Source: Mizuhopecten yessoensis
Lineage: Eukaryota
Assembly (NCBI RefSeq): GCF_002113885.1
Contig: NW_018408079.1
Span: 380,767 to 444,766, forward strand
Direction: 5' to 3'
DNA length: 64,000 nucleotides
The first letter of the stretch is position 1. The number at the start of each line of letters is the position of its first letter. The notes below the pieces were generated by a model that did not search any database, was not told where the DNA came from, and saw only the letters and a list, made by a program, of their open reading frames with translations. The translations under genes were made by a program, and so were the position numbers. Of the stretch, positions 11,101 through 23,094 are shown piece after piece.

Positions 11101-14100
11101 CAGGGTTCTGATATTGGGCCTGTAACATGCTGGGATGAAGGACTACCAAGTTTGTTCAAATGAATGACCTTGACCAACTTTCAAGGTGACAGGTGTTAAA
11201 TGTCTTAAAATCTTCAAACAACTTCTTCTCAATAACCAAAAGGCCCAGGGTACTGATATTGGGCCTGTATTTCAACCTAATGTCTTTGTTTGACATTCAA
11301 GGTCACAGGCGTCATATGTTTAAATCTTTAATAGGTTCTTATGAACCAAACACTGATATTCTGCCTGTAGCTGTTACTTTTAGTCCACTTTTACGATTAC
11401 AAGTGTGAGATTAATACCAGGTGAGCGATGCAGGCACATTGGGCCTCTTGTATTGTTACACGTGACTGCCGACTGACCAGGTAATCAGCTGTATGGTTGT
11501 GTAAACCTGATATACCACCAAACTCGTTAAACCACCAAAATCACATAGGACAGCAGGTGGCTGTATAATGAGGTTTTACTGTATGTACTTAAGGTATATT
11601 GTTATATAGCTATATATATTTTATCAGATTATCTAAAGACCTCTGTCCTAATTCAGACAAAACACTAGATAATTCCAATGGTTTTTTTTGTACATATAGT
11701 CTCCTTTTAGTTTCATTTTGTGTTTATATTTAACTATATACAAATAGCACTACTTGGCCTGGAGGCTTATTGATCTGAGTTGTCATTACATTTGATATTA
11801 AATACTAGTCACATAATACTATACATGTAATTTGTGTTTGTGTTTGAATGTCTTTTTGAATAAACTCATTCACCCCTGAAATTTCATAATGAACTATTCC
11901 AACCTTTGAACTGGAAGAGTTCAAATGTGTCTTCAGGGGTGAATGAGTTATAAGTTGTATCTTAACACATGGCCTTTATAATATTTCTTTTGTAGATATA
12001 TGTAATAGACAGCAGTGACAGAAAACGACTGGATGAAAGTGGAACTGTGAGTATTTGAATCTAGAAAATTCAAAAGTATTTCTATTACCTTCAAATCTGA
12101 AACCCACCATATCAAATATCGACTTTATTTATTTTACAACAATTATGAAACAAGTTATTTCAACTTATATTAATCACTCTTGTTGGCCAGGATGTTAGCG
12201 CGTGGGGGTATTAGTGTGGGAGGAAACCGGAGTGCCCGGAGAAAACCCACATGGTCGGGCAGGTGACCCCAACCTTTTCACGTCCGAGCGGGGAATCGAA
12301 CCCCGACCGCCTTGGTGAAAGGCAAGTGCGCTATCCACTGCACCACCCGGCCACCCGAAACCCACCATCAGATGAGGGATTGTTCAAATCACCCTTTGAT
12401 TATGTCCATGGTCATGGATAGGGGTGTAATGATTCACTGATGCATCAATGTATTGGATCGCAAGGGCCGCGATACGATGCATCGATGTGGCAAGACTGTG
12501 TCGTGATACCTGCCATACTTTTCATTTTGTACTCTCCATTGTTGGAACTCTTCAAAGAAAAAATAGTTTTAGCACTCAACAAGCCAAAATGGTGGACCGA
12601 GAATGTGACAAGAAATATGTCAAGGCGTTTGCACATTTCAAGTCGTCTATTTCGCAATGGTTCACTTTCAATAAGTTTCATATCTTCTAAATCCAAAGAA
12701 AATGTATTTGAGACGGACAATGAACGTTGAAGAAAACTGGAATATGCGGAAAACGTGCACACGTATATGACTCATCAATACTTCGATCTTTAGGTGCCAG
12801 TTCGAAGTAAAACTCACGTTACACGTCCATAACATTAAACAGGAATGCCTTAAACCAAATCAGTCAGGGGAATAAACCCGAAATGTTTTAGTTTTTCGTA
12901 AAATACCAATTACGACCACTATTGATAAATGTTGCCGATGCTCTTCGTCCGTTTTCATTTGTTGAAAATGATGTTTTTAGGGTATTAATTAACACTCAAG
13001 ATCCTTAATATTCACTTATATTCGTATCGCAACCCAAGTATCATGATGCGTATCGTATCGTAGCATCACTCACGATATACACCCCTAGTCATGGATATAT
13101 ACAGGCCTTTTTTTATGACTGAATATGGGTCCATTCATCTCTCAAATTTTGGCATTATTTTCCTCCATTTCAGCTTTATTTTCCCCTATTTCAATTAAAA
13201 ATTCCCCCACTTGTATCGAAAATACTACTACATGAATATCTGTCTTTGGTCCATTTTGTTTTTATTTTCTGTCAGTTCGGCGACTGAGTGATTTATTTCA
13301 TTTTCTCTGTATTCATGTTATGACTGTCGATATTTAAGAAACTTTTTACAGCTGGCCCTGTTTACGGTATACAATATCATAACAGCCACACAAGCCTTTT
13401 ATTATGTCAACTGAGACAAAGTCTCAAGTGACCTATTGCGATTGCTTTTCGTCCGTCCGTAACCAATTTACATTTTCAACTTTTTCTCCAAAACCCCTGA
13501 ACCAATTTCAATGAAATATGCAGAAACTTTCCAAGGCCAAAGGTCAACTATAATTGTGAATTATATGGTCCCCAGCCCCATGGCACATCCATAAATGACC
13601 TTAGCTGTTAATAGGACGTTAAACAAAATTAAACCAAACCTCAGTAATGAGGGTGAATTTATCATTACAGCGAACATTTGTAAACAACATAATATATACA
13701 TAGTAATTACATGTGAAGGATGAAATTAACACTGGGCAAAACAATTGATTTCATGGTCAAAGGGTAAAAGTTTGACTGGGCAAAAGTGTCCCCGTATATA
13801 TATATACAGTTTATATATATGATGAAGAGAAGAATTGAAAGTCATGTTCTATGTTCCAGGAACTGGAGGAGTTGCTTGAAGAAGAGAAACTGAGAGGTGT
13901 TCCTGTGTTGATATTTGCAAATAAACAAGATTTGTCTAATAGTTGTAATGCTGATGAAATCAGTAGAAACTTATGTCTTACAACAATAAGGGACAGGACA
14001 TGGCATATCCAACCTTGTTCTGCCAAGACTGAAGAAGGTGTAAAGGTAAGTTGTTTTTAGCTCACCTGGTCCGAAGGACCAAGGTGAGCTTATGCCATAC

Positions 14101-17100
14101 CGTAGCGTCGGTCGTCCGTCCGTACGTCAACAATTCCTTTAAACGACTTCTTTTTCCTAACCACTGATTGGAATTTAACTAAATTTGACTGGAAGCATCC
14201 CTAGGTGTTGGGAATTTAAAATTGTACAATTGGTTGGGCTGACCCCCAAGGGGACTGAGGGGCGAGGCCAAAAGGGGGCAATTTTGCTATATTGCTTTAA
14301 TCGACTTCTTCTCATGAACCAAGTGAAGGATATCAACCATATTTGACTGGAAGCATCCCTAGGTGGTGGGGATTCAAAATTGTACAAATGGTTGGGATGA
14401 CCCCGCAGGGGGCTGAGGGGCGGGGCCAAATAGGGGCAATTTGGCTATATTGCTACAAACGACTTCTTCTGTAGAACTATGCACTGGATATCAATCATAT
14501 TTGATCAAAAGCATTCATTGGAGGCAGGGATTCAAAATTGTACAGATGGTGGGGCTGACCCCCCAGGGGGCTGAGGGGCGGGGCCAAATATGGGCAATTT
14601 GGCTATATTGCTACAAACGACTTCTTCTGTAGAACTATGCACTGGATATCAACCATATTTAATTGGAAGCATCCCTAGGTGGTGGGGATTCAAAATTGTA
14701 CAAATGGTGGGGCTGACCCCCCAGGGGGCTGAGGGGCGGAGCCATAAAAAAGGGTTATTTGGCTATATTGCTTTAAGCATTTTATTCTGTAGAACTATGC
14801 ACTGGATATCAACCATACTTGATTGGAAGCATCCCTAGGTAGTGGGGATTCAAAATTGTACAAATGGTGGGGCTCACCCCCCAGGGGGCCGAGGGGCGGG
14901 GCCATAAAAAAGGGTTATTTGGCTATATTACTTTAAGCGTTTTATTCTGTAGAACTATGCACTGGATATCAACCATACTTGAATGGAAGCATCCCTAGGT
15001 AGTGGGGATTCAAAATTGTACAAATGGTGGGGCTGACCCACCCGGGGGCTGAGGGGCGGGGCCAAATATGGGCAATTTGGCTATATTGCTATAAACGAAA
15101 CCAACTTTCCTGTTACTCTCTGGATATCAATCATATTTGATCAAGAGCATTCATGGGAGGCAGTGATTCAAAATTGTACAAATGGTGGGTCTGACCCACC
15201 CGGGGGCTGAGGGGCGGGGCCAAAAAGGGTTATTTGGCTTTGTAGCTTTAAGCGACTTCTTCTCTGGAACTTAGTGATAGATATCAACCATATATGACTG
15301 GAAGCATCCCTAGATGGTGGGGATTCAAACTTGTACAAATGGTGGGGCTGAGGGCGGGGCCAAAATGGGGCTATATTGCTATAAACGACTTCTTCTGTAG
15401 AACTATGCCATGGATATCGATCATATTTGGTTGGAAGCATCCATGGGAGGCAGGGATTCAAAATTGTACAAATGGTGGGGCTGATCCCCTGGGTTAAGGG
15501 GTGGGGCCAAAAAAAAGTGTATTACTTGGAAATGGTTGAGATCCCCACCATATAACCATATATACAATTGCTGAGTATAAAGAGAAGAATGCACATTTGC
15601 TTCTAGGATGGCTCTAGGATCTGGCCCCACCCTTGGAAACATAGTCCCTGGGTCATAAAACGGTTGAGATCCCCACCCCAAAACTATATAAACAAATGCT
15701 GGGCATAAAGAGATGAATGCAGTCATGATATTAGAATAGACCCTGGGGTCTGACCGAACTCCTAGGGACCTAGTTTCTTAGTCACAACTTGGAAACAGTT
15801 GAGATTCCCACCCTATAACCATACATACAATTGCTGAGTATAAAGAGAAGAATGCACATTTTCTTCTAGGATGCCCTAGGATCTGGCCCCACCCTTGGAG
15901 ACATAGTCCCTGGGTCATAACTTCAAAACGGTTGAGATCCCCACCCCAAAACTATATATACAAATGCTGGGCATAACGATACGAATGCAGTCATGATATT
16001 AGAATAGACCCTGGGGTCTGACCGAACCCCTAGGGACCTAGTTTCTTAGTCACAGCTTGGAAACAGTTGAGATCCCCACCCTATAACCATATATACAATT
16101 GCTGATGTAAAGAGATGAATGCACATATGCTTCCAGGATGGCCTTGGCATCTGCCCCACCCTGGGAGACTTAACCCCTGGATCATATCTTTGAAATGGTT
16201 GAAATTCCCACCCCAAAACTATATATACAAATGCTGGGCAAAAAGAGACAAATGCAGTCATGATATTAGAATTGATCCTGGGGTCTGGCCACAACCCTAG
16301 GGACCTAGTTTCTAAGTCACAGCTTGGAAACAGTTGAAATCCCCACCCCATAACCATACATAAAATTGCGTGGCATGAAAAATCTAATACAGATATGCTA
16401 CAAGGATTGGCCTTGGGGTCTGACATATTCCCTTGGATCTCATTATAATTGGAGAATCTTTTGCCATGATTGATTGCTTAGATATCCAGGTGAGCGATAC
16501 AGGCCCTCTGGGCCTCTTGTATATATATCACTTCTTCCTCCTTCAATTATGTTCTTCAATCCATCTGAAAATTCTATATGCCCCCTTTTAATAAGTAGTT
16601 ATCCAATTGTACTGTGACATTCCAGTGATTTTTGTAGAATTTTTTCAGGCAAATTCTGAGCATGCATTTAAAAAAAAAATGGACGAGTCCCATTTTTAGC
16701 TCACCTGCCCGAAGTGATAGTGAGCTTATGTCATGGCGCAGCGTCTGACAACCATCCATCTGTCAAATTTTACTTTACACGACTTCTTCTGAAGAATGGT
16801 CAGGCCTTGAGTCATGATATTTAGGTGATAGCTTTGTTGGTTAGAGCCCAACAAAGTTTGAGGGAAAATGACCTTGACCTGCTTTCAAGATCACAGCAGT
16901 CAAAAGTGTCAAATACTTAAAATGGCAAGAACTGATAGGTATAGAATCCTAATATGTTACTAGTAGCTTCATTGGTAAAAGCCCAACAAATTTTGAGAAC
17001 AAAAATGACCTTGACCCACTTTCAAGGTCACAGGGGTCAAATATGTCAAACTTGTCAAACAACTTCTTCTGAATAATCGAAATGCATAGAATCAAATTAT

Positions 17101-18914
17101 TTGGCTGGTTGCTTCTTAGGATTGAGCCCAACAATGTTTGCTACTGAAAATTACCTCAACCTATTTTCAAGGTCACAGGGGCCAAATATGTCAAACACTT
17201 CAAATTACTTCTTCTGAATAATCTAAAGGCATATAATTATAATATTTGGCTTGTAACTGTCACAGATAGAGCCTGACAAAGTTGGTTATTGAAAATTACC
17301 TCAACCTACTTTCAAGGTCACAGGGGTCAAATATAGCAAATACTGCAAACAGCTTCTTTCGAAGAAGTGAAAGGCATTGAGTCATGATATTTAACAAGCA
17401 GCTTCCTTGGATGGAGCCCAACAAAGTTTGTGAATGGAAATGACCTTTACCTACTTTATCCTATTGCTTTATCTTAATCTAATTTGATATAGAGTATTCT
17501 TGGCCCCAACATGATTCAATGTTGTAGAAACCATGCCTCCATCCCAATCGGGACAGGAGAATGGGACCCAATAAGGTAAGGGTATTACTGAGATACGTAC
17601 AGAGCTAAGATTTGGAAATATTTGTAGTACAGTATTATATTTATTTATTATTTTCTATGACTGCTTAAATATCCAGGTGAGTGATGCAGGCCTTCTTGGC
17701 CTCTTGTAAAGGTATATAGTGGCCATGGGTTCTCAAATATATTTGTGAATCCCACATAAGAAGCACAAGCCCAGGGCTAATATTCATGAAACCGTTCTCA
17801 TGTTCAAGCATGGATTCTGTGCTCAAACCAACTTTCCTGTTACTCTCTTAAATCATGTCAAACCATCAAAAAGTCAAATGTAGACATTGAAAACAGTATT
17901 TGGCTTTTAAGTCTCTTCAATATTTTTTTCCAAATCATTGACAAAATAAGATTTGCTTATCAATTTATAACCAGAACAAGAATTTGGCTTGAGCACAAAT
18001 CCATACTTTAGCATTAGAATGGTTTAATGAATGCAGGCCCAGGACTGCAATATCTGAGTTTCAAAAATCTCAGTCTGATTTTTTGCTCTTGCATAATGTA
18101 TAGTAATTCATGATCAGGGACCCTGCTTTCTTCACACTTTCTGAATATGTTGTTATAACTTTGGAAATCTGTTTTTGTATGAAAGTGGCTTCAACAACAC
18201 TGGAAAATATTAACATATGACTAAGATGAATAGAATCTATCACTTCAGTGGTAAGTGAACAGAGAAATCGGAGAGATGTTTTGAAGTTTAGCACAGAGCG
18301 TTAACAAGTGTTGAGCCTAAAAGTCTTATACCAAGGGTTGAGATTTCTATGTTAGCATTACACGGGAATGATTTTTTGACTCCCACACTTTCTTATCACA
18401 AGAAAATGTTGTATTGGTGAACCCAAAACACCAGGCCATCATCAATGACAGATGAAAAGTGTGAAAAAATTGATTAAGAAACCCTAGCTACTTTAGTTTG
18501 GTATGCTGCATGAAGTGTTGACGTGATGGTGACATTTTAAAAATAGTTGAGCAGGTGAGCTGTATTTCCCAAGGTGGGTAAACACAGTTTTTTCTCCACT
18601 ATAAGACTATAAGACTCTTTCATGCTAAGGGGTGGAGGATAGGGAAATTTCGTCCAAGGAGTTTTCAAATTTGGTAAAACCCAAGGCTTACCCTTTGGTT
18701 GAGATTTTTCTGTCTTTCCCCCAAGATGAAGAAAGATTATAATATCAATCTTTTCCATAGAAAAACACGAGTGCACCTGTGAATTGTGCGAGAAAGTAAG
18801 CTACCCCAACCTAAATGTTCATGCATTCAATTAACAAAACATTTTCGTTACCTTTTACAGGAAGGTATTGCATGGATATCAAGTGCTATCAAGAATAAAA
18901 ACCAGAAGAAGTAG
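5122..18914 (+). CDS. ARL3: ADP-ribosylation factor-like GTPase 3, 186 aa, 6 coding exons
   Basis: Exons 5122-5124 (ATG only), 8111-8260, 9040-9156, 11996-12046, 13860-14045, 18861-18914; all introns phase 0, GT-AG. Motifs: [34 protein letters not shown]. The exon layout matches vertebrate ARL3. Confidence 0.95.
5667..6097. mobile_element. MITE with subterminal repeats and 8-bp TSD (possibly Merlin-like)
   Basis: GGTTGTTTCGCCC ... GGGCGAAACAACC inverted ends; CTGAATAT flanks both sides (5659-5666, 6098-6105). Confidence 0.6.
6314..6939 (+). mobile_element. 5'-truncated I/Nimb-clade LINE (ORF2 C-terminus, 3'UTR, (CAAA)n tail) with 10-bp TSD
   Basis: Frame 6315-6662 is uninterrupted: [11 protein letters not shown]...[15 protein letters not shown]...[17 protein letters not shown] (CCHC knuckle)...[24 protein letters not shown] at 6304-6313 and 6940-6949. 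Confidence 0.9.
7094..7416. mobile_element. Non-autonomous DNA transposon (13-bp TIR)
   Basis: CATACCTGCCAAC ... GTTGGCAAGTATG inverted termini; TATTG near both flanks. Confidence 0.55.
9193..9540 (+). mobile_element. tRNA-derived SINE
   Basis: A box TGGTCGAGTGG and B box GGTTCGATCC, followed by a core with GTGAGGTGGCACTATAAA; no complete cloverleaf. Confidence 0.7.
9563..11451 (+). mobile_element. HINE-like element with ~12 units of a ~145-bp satellite (family B)
   Basis: Head GTGAGCTTATGCC plus CCGTC microsatellite; ACTTCTTCTCAATAACC recurs at a 145-bp period (10068, 10213, 10358, 10503); 3' CAGGTGAGCGATGCAGGC...GGGCCTCTTGT hairpin terminus. Confidence 0.85.
11861..11952. mobile_element. 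~90-bp hairpin MITE (TTAA-type ends); inverted copy at 20494-20584, related element at 19703-19793
   Basis: ACTCATTCACCCCTGAA ... TTCAGGGGTGAATGAGT TIRs. Confidence 0.7.
12111..12356 (-). mobile_element. tRNA-derived SINE with V-domain-like core and 12-bp TSD
   Basis: Minus-strand A/B boxes (GGTGGTGCAGTGG, GGTTCGATTCC) and core GGGTTTTCTCCGGGCACTCCGGTTTCCTCCCAC. TSD GAAACCCACCAT at 12099-12110 and 12357-12368. Confidence 0.85.
12419..13087 (+). mobile_element. Internally deleted hAT transposon with 8-bp TSD and transposase remnants
   Basis: TAGGGGTGTA...TACACCCCTA TIRs; TSD GTCATGGA (12411-12418, 13088-13095); subterminal CGATAC/GTATCG repeats. The remnant [23 protein letters not shown] resembles the Hermes-type DNA-binding motif. 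Confidence 0.88.
13402..13580 (+). mobile_element. Truncated HINE-like head (family related to the 24690-25564 element), followed by a SINE 3' tail (13586-13640)
   Basis: CTGAGACAAAGTCTCAAGTGACCTATTGCGAT..CGTCCGTCCGT is the reverse complement of 25490-25560. Confidence 0.7.
14054..16520 (+). mobile_element. Full-length HINE-like element with two satellite arrays (158-bp family A, then ~134-bp alternating dimer)
   Basis: 5' TTTTTAGCTCACCTGGTCCGAAGGACCAAGGTGAGCT hairpin plus GTCC microsatellite; family A ~14140-15510; dimer period 267-268 (15781, 16049, 16316); 3' CAGGTGAGCGATACAGGCCCTCTGGGCCTCTTGT. Confidence 0.88.
16693..17707 (+). mobile_element. Full-length older HINE-like element with degenerate family-B-like units
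   Basis: TTTTTAGCTCACCTGCCCGAAG head; repeated TTTCAAGGTCACAGGGG; tail CAGGTGAGTGATGCAGGCCTTCTTGGCCTCTTGT. Confidence 0.8.
17775..18039. mobile_element. PIF/Harbinger-like MITE (CAG flanks); partial relative at ~30094-30290
   Basis: Long imperfect TIRs GGCTAATATTCATGAAACCGTTCT ... AGAATGGTTTAATGAATGCAGGCC. Confidence 0.65.
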
Positions 18915-21424
18915 TTTTAACAGGGAACAGTAATCACACACAAGACATGTTGGATGACCTTGGCGTCAGGGAAATCTTTATACTATATCCTCTTGGACAG
19001 GCATGTATCTGTTCAAGTACGCAACATTCTACAAGGTTGGGACCAACGGCTTTTAGATCTTATGATATGGTAATCTTGCTGTTACCACATCTTGCTATTG
19101 GGTTTATGAATAACTCAAAGTGAAGCAAGAGCAGCTGACCTTCAAAAGACATTGAATGGTTACAACATATATGTCGCAGAAAGCCACAAGAGGATAACAA
19201 CACAGCTTATTAGACGGTGCATCCATATCAAATCTTTCTGTTAGCAGTGTATTTGACTTTTTATTGTGGAGTTGGATTATTTGTTATATTTTCATTCCAA
19301 AAAATATAAAAAAAAAATCCTGCTGTTTTTTGGTGGTTTTTTTTCTCAATTGCTACTGTACATGTTTTCATAAGACAATGAAAGGTTCCTTTATTGTTTT
19401 GTAAAAAAACAATTTGTAGTATTGAAATGTAAATCAAAATTAGCTAATAAGATTTAGTTGTTATGCAATATCTACGTTGATTTTTTTTATATTTGAAATA
19501 AATAATTTTTTGAAATAAAGTACATAAAAGTATAAAGAACATGTACATAATGATCTGAAGAAACCATGGTAATTGATGGTTATGTTTCACAATATAGATC
19601 ACCACACTGTGGATAGTTTATTTCATGAGACTGTTGTGAGTTGGGTAAGCCTGCAATTTCTACTGTTACTGTTAACTTGATGTTCATTATAATTCTAGTT
19701 ATTTAACCCTTTCACCCCTATGTAACTTTGATAAACTCTACCATGCATTGATCTGGATTTGTCCATTATGGTCAACAATGGTGAAAGGGTTAATAATTTA
19801 CCAGCAACAGATACTTATCATCACAGAATTTACCAGAATGTTGTAACGTTTTCCGTCCACATCAGCATAAATCACTCTAATATCAATGTATCATGGAAAT
19901 ATATCAATCAGTCATGGAGAAATGTCACCACGATTTATCTGGTGTGATGCTAGCCAGAAACGTAGGTATAATCTCCTTCATTTTAATAAAACAAAAATGA
20001 TTACTTTGTGTCCTGACATTGTCACATGGAAATTAATGTTAATCATAATATTAAGTTTTCGTAGTTTCTGTGGTTGAAGATCGTTATTAACGGTACTTGG
20101 TATAATGATAAAAATAGATCCCTGAAGGATCCCTGTTGCACTGCCAAAAGTTGTCATTATAAATCGGAAACTTTTTTACTGGCATGACAATCATTTTAAT
20201 AAATCATTTCTAAAAAAAATCTTGTTTATGAAAATATAATAATAAAAATGTATTTTCAATAAATGAGGTGTTCTGAGAGTAAAATTGAAATCGCTCCAGA
20301 CCAGATTTTGAAACCTTGACCTCTGATGACAATACCGTTGCTTTTACCAACAACGCTTCTTGATCAGTGATTTTAGTTCCGGGGTACTGGTCCCCGGGTA
20401 CAGTTATATCTGAAACAAAATTAAAGGGAAGTTATAACTCATGTATGAATAATTAGGGGGAATAATATTTTGCCTGCAGCAGGACAGGGATCCTTAACTC
20501 TTTCACCCCTGAAGACACATTTGAACTCCTCCAATTCAAAGGTTGGAATAGTTCATTTTGAAATTTCAGGGGTGAATGAGCTAATATTTGATGGTATTCT
20601 GTGATCCTCTCGTGTTTGGATTTCAGTTTTTGTCTTTTTGTTATTCCTTTGACTTCATCCAGTGGTATCACAAATTAAAAACAACTATCATTGCAAATGT
20701 TTGCAATTTTGAATGTTTTGAAACTGTTATGTCTGTCATCACAATTCAAAATAGCTAGATAAGCGATCTTTATTTAACTTACACTTAAACAATATTCTGT
20801 GAAGTTTAAACTGGAGCACAAACAATGTACCTCCACAATTTTTTTGTATTTCGTATTTTTTCCCATTAATTTAATCACAAAACTTACATAATAACACATA
20901 TGCATTAAATATAACAGAGAAATTACAATATATGGAAGTGTTGCTTTTCATGATTGCATATTTAACAATTGCTAAATCATAGATATATATGTATATATAT
21001 AAATTAACACGTTAAAATAATCATGAAATCACTATTGCTCTGTAAAGAAAATGTTTAGACTTGATCCTTTTTTGTATCCAACTCTATTTATTTTGTTGAT
21101 TTGTCCTAGTTAACTATCTGTACATGTGTGTGTGTGTGACTGACTACAGCTATACATGTTACTACTCATTTATTTCAATCATTGTGTTATAACTTCCTTG
21201 TCCGTTCTTCTCATCTTCAGTGTGTTAAGTCTGTTTTACCATACATTTTATCTGTGTACAGTAATACCCAGGCATACTTGTACTACATTATTTTACATAA
21301 GAATCACTTTAAAAGCATTAGTCATTTTCCAAAAACGAAATTGTTCTGGACAACTATTTTTACAAAAAGATAGGTTAATGATATTGAAACACAATACATT
21401 GAAAGAAAGACCTATTCTCAGTTT

Positions 21425-21750
21425 GTGGGTCAATGTAATTAATTGTAAATTACATTGAAGACTATGCTCCTTTCTGAGTCAGTGTAATTAATTAAAAATG
21501 ACACTGAAGAAAATGCACCTTTCTTGGTCAGTGTAATTAATTAAAAATGACACTGAAGAAAATGCACCTTTCTTGGTCAGTGTAATTAATTGTAAATTAC
21601 ACTGAAGAGAATGCTCATTTCTTGGTCAGTGTAATTAATTGTAAATTACACTGAAGAGAATACTTCTTTTTGGGTCAGTGTAATTAATTGTAAATTACAC
21701 AGAAGACGATGCTCTTCGCTCTTTTCTGGGTCAGTGTAATTGATTTTACT
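21425..21750. repeat. 49-bp minisatellite of self-complementary units (~6-7 copies)
   Basis: CAGTGTAATT-AATTGTA-AATTACACTG; 49-bp period (21481, 21530, ...). Confidence 0.85.
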
Positions 21751-23094
21751 GAGGTAATATTACTTTTCTTTCTTGGTCAGTGTTACTCGTTATTATCAAT
21801 GCTACTTGAGAGGTATGAGGGAAGCAGTGTTATTGATCATGTTGTGGTAAAATGTCCGTCCAATTGTTTACGCTAATAACAACATATCCTTGAACTAGTG
21901 TCTTTTCTTAGTTGTAATTATTCTCAATTTTCATGTTATTTAAATGTTTATAATGATATGCAGAAACCACTATGTGCTAGACTTGTAAGCCCTTTCCATC
22001 CCTTTGTCTTCACAATTAGGAATTTTGAAGGCCAATAGAAATTTTACAGAGGAAAATGCGAAGGATATTAAAAAGTGCATCTTACAGTTTGGAAGAGAGT
22101 TCAATGTAAAAGTAATCGTGATTGTCTCTTTCCTCTTTTTGTTGTGAATCTATTTTATTTGTCAACTTAATATCTGTGTCTAAACATACATTGTATATCA
22201 ACATATGAATGAATATGACTTTGGTTAGTGATTTCAATTTTGTAGAGTCAGAAATATGAGGTGAATTCCAGTTTCTACCACAAGATCATTGCAGTTTATT
22301 CAATAAAAAGCTTTTCACATCTTCAATAAACGTTCTGTGTTCGACAATTAAAAGTTCAGGGTTTGACAAATTTTACATAGAAACATTAAGGTACACAATA
22401 GATTTCATCATGTATTTGGAAATTTTCAACCGCAAAAAAAAGAAACATCCAGCAAATCTGTCATTGTCAGAACAAAACATGTATTGATAATTTTTAAGGA
22501 AAGTTAATACACAAATTCTCATCTAATGGGTTTTGCAGCAGATGGAGTATTTGGTCAGTTTAATATGCATGATTAGGACGGACTTGTCATTATACAAAAT
22601 ATTGAATTGTTTTGATATATTGATATCTTAATGTGAGATTCCTTTATGTGTAACATTTTATGTAACAAAGAAAATAAAAAATCTTTTCGAGAAGACAACC
22701 TTTACATTTGTTTGTTTTGTATTTAGGTAGCTTCCACTTAGGGAAGAGGATGTAGAGTAATCAGCATGGGTGTCTGCAGCGAGGCCATATCAAGTTCTAC
22801 ACAAGAATAGATTTCAGAGGCCAACGATAAAGTTAAAAGGGTCAAAGGTCATGGTCAAAAACCACACTATACCACTTTTGAATTAAAAAAGGTTATGTAC
22901 GTGGGAAAGCAGGGTGAGGAACATATCTATGTGAGCCTTTGCAAACTTCGTCTATCTTATAATTTATAGTCTTGGATTGTTAATCCCTTGATCAGGAACT
23001 ATTGGTTGTTTTCTGGTTTGGACATGTACAGTATGCTCTCTTGACAACTGTGTAGAATGTGTATGTGGCAGGTTTGTGGCCTTATAAGGAACAA

